Below the pieces are notes generated by a model that saw nothing but the letters and a program-made list of their open reading frames with translations, did not search any database and was not told the origin of the DNA. Made by a program: the position numbers and the translations under genes. From Kudoa neothunni (Eukaryota; Animalia; Cnidaria): DNA of 64,000 nucleotides. Numbering within the stretch: position 1 is the stretch's first letter; every line of letters begins with the position of its first letter. The DNA is taken from NCBI GenBank assembly GCA_964304625.1, contig OZ199839.1, forward strand, positions 137,770 through 201,769. Direction: 5' to 3'. Below, piece after piece: positions 54,574-64,000 of this stretch.

Positions 54574-57500
54574 ATGTGTGAATTTTTTCTGTGCACCTAC
54601 AAAGACAAAAGGCTGGTGGTGGACGTGTCTAACTACTTGAGACGAAATCACGCTCCAAACGATACCTTCACCAACAATGAAGATGTAAATTAAAAAATTT
54701 TTAGTTTAAATACCTGTAATGTGCCAGATGTCTCTCTTTATCAATACGATTTTTAATCACCTCTTCCATGGGGGATTAAATATCTACCTCATTGATTTAT
54801 TTCCACGCTAAAATCATTTTCGGCTATTTAACATTTTTAACATTACAAATTATGCAATTACATCTATAATAATTTTTTTATTATGCTCGTTGGACAAATT
54901 TTTTTTAATTAATTAGTATTTTCGTTTCTATTGTATTGGAAATATAACCAGATATTTCGTTGTAGAATATAACAACTGGATGGGTTAAATTATGAATTCT
55001 TTGTTAATAATAGCAACAACACCAATTGCAACATTAATAAATAATCTGCATCATAATAGGTGGAATTGGGAGATATCGAGTTTCTAAAAGATGCTAAACA
55101 ACGACTTTGTAACGTGTTGCAAGATATTTTGGACGCCAACAATAGAGATAACACTAACGAATTATTCATTGAGGTGATTCTATCCAAGGAACTCACTCAA
55201 AATCAATACCAACAACCCATCACAGACGAATGTTTGAGATATGTTGAAGAGAAAATTAATGTGAAGATGAAGTACTTACAGAAAAAGTCTTCTAATTCGA
55301 ACGGCATTCACACCAATCTGCAATATTTGTGCCAGAAGAATCAAAATACTACCAATTTCTCAGAAGTGAGGTGAGTTGAAGTGTGTAATTGTTCAAATTC
55401 ACACCATCTGTTATGTAGAGTGGCGGTTGTTGGTAATGTGGACGCGGGAAAAAGTACCCTGCTAGGTGTGTTAAGTAGGGATTGCTTGGATGATGGTCGA
55501 GGAAGTGCAAGGGTGCGTGTTTTCCGACACCAGCACGAAATCGATTCAGGAAGAACCAGCTCCGTTGGAACAGTTGTGGTTGGATTCGATAACGAAGGAA
55601 ATATTGTCAAACGCTCCCACCAATCTCACACTAACAAGGATCGAGCAAACTATCGAGATGTTTGCATGAGTTCATCAAAAGTATATTCACTAAAGTTTAA
55701 TTCATTACAAGTTGGTCTCAAATTCTATTGATAGGTTGTGCTGTTTGTGGATTTGGCTGGACATGAAAAATATCTAAAAACCACAATATTCGGGCTGCTT
55801 GGTCACTATCCTGATTATGTGCTTCTTGTTGTTGGTGCTAACATGGGCACTATTGGTATGACACAAGGTAACGCGGATGATACTTTGGATTGTTTTTAAT
55901 GACTTTTTTCAAATTTCTCATCACTAGAACATCTCAATCTTTCAATATCGATCAATCTGCCTACATTCATAGTTGTCACCAAAGTTGATATCTGCCCTCC
56001 AGATGTTTTGACAGCAACCAAAAAAAGTATCTCCAAACTAATCCGAGATACCAATAGAAAGGCTTATCTCATAAGAAACGAAAGCGATGCCATAACAGCG
56101 GCTGTTAATTTTAATCTGAGGTAAATTGGGTGTTATATTTTGACTTAAAGCGGCCGGCCCGGTCGACTAATAATTTCACTAATTTTTTTATTTAGGATGT
56201 GCCCAGTATTTTTGGTCTCTAGTGTGACCGGAGAAAGCATTGACACGTTGAAGGTGTTTTTGCAGCTTCTTATTCGAAAAACAACTTCTTCCAGTTGTGA
56301 TCAACCCTCGTTACTTCATATAGATGAGGTGTATCGAGTGCCGGTATTTTTGCTATATTATGCTTTGAGGCCTTTTTAAAAATAGTCCCCTCTTTCGAAT
56401 CGAATATGGGATGAAAATGTTTCCATTCCTTTTAATAATAAATTTTTTTCATTATTTATTGTAACAATTTTTTAAAAATTATGGTAACGATTATACTGAA
56501 ATAATATTTATAAATTCAAGAATAAATAAAAGTAAATAATCATCTTTAATCTTATTCACTGTGATTTGAATTAGTTCACCCGCGACCGCCAGGAGTTTAT
56601 TCTCTTTATTTGCAACATTAAGTTGATTAATCCTTAAATTTCAAGCTGAGTAGTTTGTTATAAAGTTGAATGAGTTAAATTCACTTAATAATAGAGGAGT
56701 TGTGTATTGGACCAAATATAATTGACACATGATGTGTTTAGATCTACAATTAATTTTTTGATACATAACCGCGTTTATTTGGATTTTAAATAATTGAATA
56801 AGGCGCTTTATTAAGAATCAACCAAATCTGTAATCAATAAATCTGAACCATATGGATTAAAAATTGAGTTCATGCGTGTGTAAATGATATTTACTATAGG
56901 GCTTGGGTTTTCCCCTAGTTCTTGGGGGTTTTTTCATTTTTTACAAAGTCTTGGGTTTTTATTGGAAACCTGTAAGCATTGAATAATAAGACAAGTTTTT
57001 TATGTGCCGCATTAATATTTATATTTTTAATAACGTATCCTATTCAGATTATATCATGCAGGGTTTAAACGGTTACGATATTGAATGACGACACTTTAGA
57101 TTGTTTATCGTGACACGACTGCATAATGACTTAGTAAACATTGTCGCACGTTATTAGAAAATATATTTTGAACTGTGAAGCAATTAATTTTGAGCATATT
57201 AATCTATCTATACTAGATATTAAGTATGAGTTAGTGTTCCCGCCAAAAAATTGCAATAATAGGAAAACAAATTTAGATTTAATATCCGAAGACGTAATTA
57301 TAGAATCGAAAGAAGTTCAGAAACTTTAATGGGTACGATTCTACCTTTTGTTGTACTATAAAATAACGTTTTTCTCGACCTTTGATTTGTTTACTTTAAC
57401 TTTGGTTTTTCTAAAACCCCGCTGGCAGCCCTGATTTACCATAGATCCTGTACAGATCATACACAAACTTTAATAAATATAATTCTATTGGCCGTTGAAT

Positions 57501-59155
57501 CCAAATACAAATTTTTCAAACTTGTATGACTGCTAAAAGTTTCATTACTTGCTGCTGATACCGATACCACCACATTGCGCACAAATCTTTATTGGGGATT
57601 TTAAATATGTGCGAATTCGATTAATTATCGTCTATAAAATTCAAAAAATTATGAATTGCAATAAGAGCTTAACAGTAATTATTTAAAAACAATTTAAATT
57701 AGATGAGGAGGGATAGACCTTCGAATTCTCCTCTAATGATTGGGAGGGTGAAAAATTTGTTCGAGTATTCTTTTCTATTAAATAGAGAGTATTAAGTTTA
57801 TTAAATAAGATAACTTAAATTATACTTAAGACGCTAATAGATGTTTTAAATAATTTTGTGCGTTTAATATATTTTTTTGTTTTTCGTAAGTGAAATATGG
57901 AGGAAAAATGTTAAAATAATAACCTATTGATCAGTATTATTAAATTCGGATCTATTCGAAGAAAAATTATGGAATTAAGCAATTTGTTTAGAATATTAAA
58001 TTATATTTTTAACCTTTTTTATGCATCAATAATTTTCGACGAGTATTGAGTATTTATCAAAATATAGGATCGGTGTGGGGCTGCATTATTTATAAGTTGA
58101 TGGAATTTTTCATTTTTGAAATCTTCTCTCTCCTATTTTGTTTATGAATGAAAAAATAAAGATTTTGTAATCAATAAATAATTGATGATATAAATAATTG
58201 CTTCAGAAAAATATTCTTTTCGAATTTTATGCGCAGAATTTAACATAACAACCCCCAAAAATTCCTTATTACTTTGATTTTACTTAAAAGTTTCATTTAA
58301 AAGCAAAATATTTTGTTTCTAATAAAGAAATTCATTTGCTACCCCAGAGTATCTCGAACTTAGAATGGTATCAATTTTTTCAAAAGTTGTAATACGTCAT
58401 GGGGGACTAAACTTAAAAAGAGGGCTTCAAGCACTATAAATACGTTAGAGTGTTAAATAACATACTGAGTTAATTAATTTATTTTACTTCTTGCATAGGG
58501 AGTTGGCAGTGTAGTTGGGGGATTTGTGAAAAAAGGTGTTATTACATCCGGTCACACCTATCTACTTGGTCCCTTTGGCGCTGAAGGAAAATTTGTACCA
58601 AGCACTATCAAATCGATACATCGTCAACGAATTCCAGTGGATAATGGTTTGGCAGGTCAATCAATTAGTGTTGCACTTAAAAATGTAACTCTCAGTCATA
58701 CCCACATGTTATCGTTGCTGCAGTTACAATTACTTTTATTTGTTAGGTTAAACGATCCGAACTCCGTAAAGGAATGATTATTGCGTGCAAATCAAGCAAT
58801 CCTGTCGCTTGTTTCGAATTTACTGCCCGTGTTTCTATAATGCACACCTCAGCTACCATATCCGAGAAGTATTGTGCAGTGGTTCACGTTAGCACTGTTC
58901 GACAAACAGCAAAAATTATCACAAAAGACAAATCCAAAATTTTGAAAGGAGGAGATGAGGCTGTTGTCACGTTTCGTTTTATGCAACGACCCGAATTCGT
59001 TGAAGTAGGTAGTCGTTTGGTGTTCAGAGAAGGAAAAATGAGAGGCCATGGTGTTGTTCTCTCTACGATTCCTATCGGTATTAATTTTTGCAACTTTAAC
59101 AGTTGTTTTATATACCAATAACTACTATATAATAGAACATAAAAATCCAAAGTAG
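54574..59155 (+). CDS. GTPBP1: GTP-binding protein 1 (translational GTPase)
   Basis: EVR|[88 protein letters not shown]|[17 protein letters not shown]...LVFREG. Intron of about 2.15 kb at 56344-58498. The first two exons (54574-54684, 54966-54983) are tentative. Confidence 0.92.
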
Positions 59156-59869
59156 CACCAAATCTAATCTAAATTACATACTCGTTTGGTTCTATGATTG
59201 TTTCTACTCAGTACCACAATTATTTGATGTGTGGGGTAGTAGTAGAGTAGATGGTTACTTGGATGAAATTCAACTTTCAAATTATGATAATATAAAAGTT
59301 GTTTGAATTTTTAAATTCAAATACTGGGAAATTGTACGTTTACTCATGTCTCATGTACACCACCTATATAAATAATCATTGAACATTTTTTCTCTTATTT
59401 TTCAATTTTCAAGATAACTTTGTTTTTTATGTAATCACAATTAAATAAAGAATTTCACTGAGAGTTCATAATTCGCCCAGCTCTTGAAAAAAGTTTATGT
59501 ATTTTTCGATAAACATTATAGCTCTTAAGATCGCTTGATTAACAACTAAATTTTGAAGACATTTGTAATTTCAATATTATTTTAATTTTCAACGCATGAA
59601 GTTAAAAATCTAAACCATTTTAATGATATAATGCCCCATTTAATTTATTTCAATATGATTTAGATTATTGTTGAAAAATATTGAAAAATTATTACTTTTT
59701 ACTACTACTACTAATAGCTTATTTATTTTGTTATACATCAATTAGATAAACAACATCCTTATGGAGTTTAATTAAACTACAAGTTAAAAAGAATCTTCGA
59801 TGTAAGGCCACTTATTTCACTTCAATCCCTTCCGCCTGAGTTTAAAATCTTTATCTAACCATCAAATAG

Positions 59870-61010
59870 TTTTTTACAGTCGAGATTGGATAATGCGTGA
59901 TTTTACCTTCAATATATGGAGGAAAGAGTGTGACATTTTCGAGGAAATTAGAATAATACGTTGTTTAATCTCAATAAAAACAATCAAAGGTGCCATAAAA
60001 ATGACGGTTGAAAAATTTATCCTAATTGATATGGTTAATTTTGTTATTTTTGTTATATCTGAATGTATATCCTTTATATATATTCAAGGACATTCAATGC
60101 CGGCAGGATTCCTTCTCATGAAATCAAGCTGAAATATAAACGTTGCAAGAAATAGGAGAAGCATTTAAATACAAGATTCATCGGCACAGGTGAAGAAGTT
60201 TATCCAAAATCGCACGAATGATCACATTATTTCTGGAGATTTATTCTTAAAATGTTTATTATCATTGCGAAAAATAATAAAGATCAAAATTATAAAGAAA
60301 GTGGGGGAAATATTGCGAAGTTTGAAGTAAGTTTAGAATCATTTTTAAACATATTCATGGCGAAGCTGCGAGCAGTATTCTTGCATCTATTGAAATAACA
60401 ATGTGATAAACATCTATAGCCCAAGAGACATAATAAATATTAATAATACCGCTATGTTTTATGAGCAGTTACTTATTAAAGGAAGGAGAGTGACATAAAG
60501 GATAAAGTTAACCATAAAAACATAACGACATTGGTATCACACTTTTTATGTGGAGAAAATTTGCCATTATCAATAATTGGAAAAGACTGAAATCCTAGGT
60601 GTTTCAAGGTCAAGGGATTAAAACATACACTATGAGTATTGTGCTCCTAAAAATTCTTCGCTGATTTTGACCATATTTTTCAGGCAATGAACAAGATAAA
60701 TTCTAAAATAGAGGCAAAGAACATACAAATGCTAATCTTGCTGAGCCAGTGCCCAGCACATCCAAAAGAAATCTGTTGTCATGGCAATATAAAGACTTTT
60801 TTTGACTAAAAATACAACATTTATTTTCCAACAAATCCATCAAGGGTTGATTTCATTGTTTTAAAATTAGAAAAAAAATAATGTGTACTCATATGATATT
60901 ATTTGATGATTCATCAACTGCTAAATACACTTTACTTGACGCAATTTTAACTCCGAAAAACGTGGAGCTGCATCACAACAAAAATTATTGTGAATATTTC
61001 AAAAAATCTA
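59870..61010 (+). mobile_element. Tigger/pogo (TIGD-like) transposase remnant
   Basis: YSPRDIINxNNTAMFY (DIFNADETGLFY-like), GENLPLSIIGKD*NPRCF, LILLSQCPAHP and KNTTFIFQQIHQGLI (PNTTSxxQPxDQG-like). Confidence 0.85.
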
Positions 61011-62122
61011 ATATATTTTATGAAAATAACAGCTAGTGCGAACATTTAAAATTATATCTATTGTGTTATGACAAGGAGACGGAAAGGGAAGATAAAAATG
61101 ATAAAAAAGTCCAAATTAAAACCAAACTTTTAACCTTTTTATTATTGATAAAAAACAAGGAAGACTATCTTTAATGATGGTAGCTTTCTTAAATGTAAAA
61201 ATGAAAAAATGAAAATTACAATTTGCATCAACCACAAAACCCCAATTCAAAGTGAAATAGAATCTGATGATGTACAAACTACAAACAAAAGTTTCGATAA
61301 AATATGTTAGATAGGCGGTAAGTATATTAAGCAAAGCATTTATTCAAGAAGCTGTATCTTTAATCTTAGTTCTCACATCAATAATGAATCAAATATTTAA
61401 ATTATCATCTAAAAATGACACTAATTGGAAATTATTTCATTTATTTATAAAAATCGACATTTTTATTCTTTTTGACTTGAAATAATTTTCTTATATGTAA
61501 GATAATTAATTAAAATTGACTAGAACTAAAATAAACGTGTAAAACAAGTTTAAATAAATCATGTTTTCCCCCACGCGCAGGCGCGGCTCGATATTGAGTA
61601 ATTTTTTCGCGGCCCCACAAATTACGCAATATCCAATCTCGACCGTACATTGTATAGGAATAATATTAATAGAATTATAGTATTGTATTTTCGACAAATA
61701 ATCAACGAAATAAATCATGAAGAATCATGTTCGTAAATAATAATATATAAACAAATATCTGTCAGTTAAAGCTTTAAAACATTTTATCTGAAAATCAAGC
61801 TTTTCTTATCAATTTATTTCATTATTTCAATATTTTTTTATTTAAAATCTAATTCAATTCCAAAATAAAAGAATAAACTTGTTTTAAATAATTTATGGCG
61901 GCGATACACCAAATCCTAATGAGTTTCGTACACGCTCTGTGTGATAAGGTTGGTAGTCGGTAGGGATCAAAAAACGCTCACAATATATTCGCCAGGAGAT
62001 TTCGATTGAATCTGTGTTACGCAACAGCTTCAAAATACGATACCGCACGACTTTATCATTTAAATTAATGTCAGCTCGCATGCGTAAGCACAACGCGTCG
62101 AACATTGCTTGAATAATATTTG

Positions 62123-63270
62123 ATGTACCGACTGCATTTTGGTAAACAAAATCCTAAATTTCTCAACAACTTACAGAGAGTAGATAAATCTATCGAACTA
62201 TGTCCTAATCGTTGATTAGCAATGCCGATTTGTTGAAACAACCACTATGGAAACATTTAACAAACATCCCCTATCGAAAGAACAAATTCAATCGAATAAA
62301 TTTCTATCAGCTGAGGTTAAAGTAATAGTGGATTAATAGTGCGGATTTTATCAAATTCAATCTTCTGTATCAAGTACAACATTGGAAAATACAATCAAAC
62401 TCCAATAGCTAATATTCCTGTTGACAGTCCAATGACACATGGCATGATTTGTCTTCAGGCGGGGGCTAGAAATGAGCCCTCAAATTATCTGGGAGTCTCT
62501 CACATTTTAAGCCATTCAATTCTCAATGTACGTGATCTAATGGTGTGATGTGAGTTAATGTGGTGGGGGGTGTTAATAGGCCACAAATAAAACTCTTGTT
62601 ACAGATGTGGTACGCTCACTACAATCATTGGGTGCTGATATAAAGTTGTTGATTGGTTAATAAGTGGATAATCTAATTGGCATTTGTGTAGATGTTTGAA
62701 TGATCGAGATTCTGTGATGGTTTACCTAAATGCACATCCCGACCATATGTATGTGTGAATTTTTATTCCATTATCCAATCGTTTTTATTCCACTTGTTCT
62801 ATATCAATTAGGGAATATTGTTTAAACACTATCTACGAAGGTCTATACAACAATGCGAACAAATACCGAGAATTTAAATATTCGTTTGATTCGTGTCTCA
62901 TTGATTACGACAATTTCAAAGAGAACTTTCCTCACGCATGTACACTTTTAAATTTGTTGTCATTTTTACAATTAATTCACCATTAGATCTAATGGAGTAT
63001 GTGCATAATTTCGCATTCAGGTAATTTCTAGTGATGTGGTGTTCAAAATGTGTACCTCCATTAAAAATTTTCATGTTTAAGGGATGGTCTCGGAAATTCG
63101 TTATACTTAAATCCTTCCGTTATTTTACGAGTTGAAGATTATTTTGATATGGTAATTAGCTCGGGATTCTCATTATTTAATTAAATTACTTAATCTATCT
63201 ATCTATCTATTGTAGATGAATGATTACCGTCGTCAAGTATTCACCGGGAATGGCTGTATGGTTTCAATAG
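62123..63270 (+). CDS. UQCRC2: Cytochrome bc1 core protein 2 (M16 family, non-catalytic), 5' part; continues past the window
   Basis: Presequence-like MYRLHFGKQNPKFLNNLQR|QCRF, then LQAGARNEPSNYLGVSHILSH (no HXXEH glutamate), VVRSLQSLGADI, NDRDSV, LMEYVHNFAFR|DGLGNSLY and FTGNGCMVSIG, collinear with UQCRC2. MPP-alpha is the alternative. Confidence 0.75.
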
Positions 63271-64000
63271 GTAATTTTTGGTGCATTTGTTATTAGAAAC
63301 TGTTGTGTCATTGTTTTTATTGACTGACAACTTAATTATCAAAATTCGAAGATTCGCGGGAATTAATCTTTTGCGCATGTTGTAATAATTGTTACGTAAA
63401 TTACTGCGAAACCAACCTATATATTCATAAATAAATAAACGTACGTAAAAAAATATTGTGACAACTTGATTATTGATTAACTTGGGAAGCATGTTTTTCT
63501 AGCGGAGATTATTGGCATGGCAAATTTTAATCCTAAGTTACATATGCGTATATGCGCATGTGCGATGGTAATTTTTAAGCCCTGAAACCTTTATTTACAA
63601 GTTGTGTATGGTTGTGGTTTTTTAAAATCTGCTATATTTGATTATTTATGGTCCACTGCTTCGCTCTCAGACCTCAGAAATTAATATAATCAAAATTGGC
63701 TACAGATGAACACTATTTATTGCACCAATAGTCATTACTTTAAATATAATAAAAACTAGCCGTTTTTGAATATTAGTTTCCGAGCCAAAGACCACGTTCT
63801 ATTTTTTACAGTCCTACTCTAGCTTATAATCTAATCTAGATTAGTTGACGAGGTTTACTTCAATTTTCACGGTTTTGTGCGCTTATTAAGTTGATATAAA
63901 AATTTGTGATTTAACCCTCCAATTCACGAAAATTTACACCTTCCAAGTAAAAATGGAGTAGAAATTTTCCCTAAATTTGTTGGGACCAAAACTGTTTTAA

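Overview
Very AT-rich eukaryotic nuclear DNA, almost certainly from an animal with fast-evolving proteins and mostly 40-70 nt GT-AG introns. A reduced parasite such as a myxozoan or mesozoan is plausible, but this is inference only. Host genes recognised by manual exon joining are a lineage-specific type I membrane protein, a MAST-like AGC kinase with degenerate catalytic motifs, MMS19 head-to-head with an MFSD14/HIAT1 transporter, the 3' part of a ZC3H14/Nab2 CCCH protein, two tandem SOWAH-like ankyrin genes, the m-AAA protease AFG3L2, GTPBP1 and the 5' part of UQCRC2. Intergenic DNA and long introns are filled with decayed DNA transposons: at least five piggyBac copies plus TTAA MITEs, hAT/Buster, Tigger/pogo, a Helitron and a long-TIR foldback. 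The most striking signal is that both ankyrin paralogs appear to use the same run of micro-exons: two consecutive single-codon exons (GGA, ATG) and one 6-nt exon, separated by 39-53 nt introns. Other notable points are a cluster of about ten frameshifts confined to the 5' two-thirds of MMS19, the probable pseudokinase, and NRF-1-like sites in front of the two mitochondrial genes. All family assignments come from motif recognition, not database searches.
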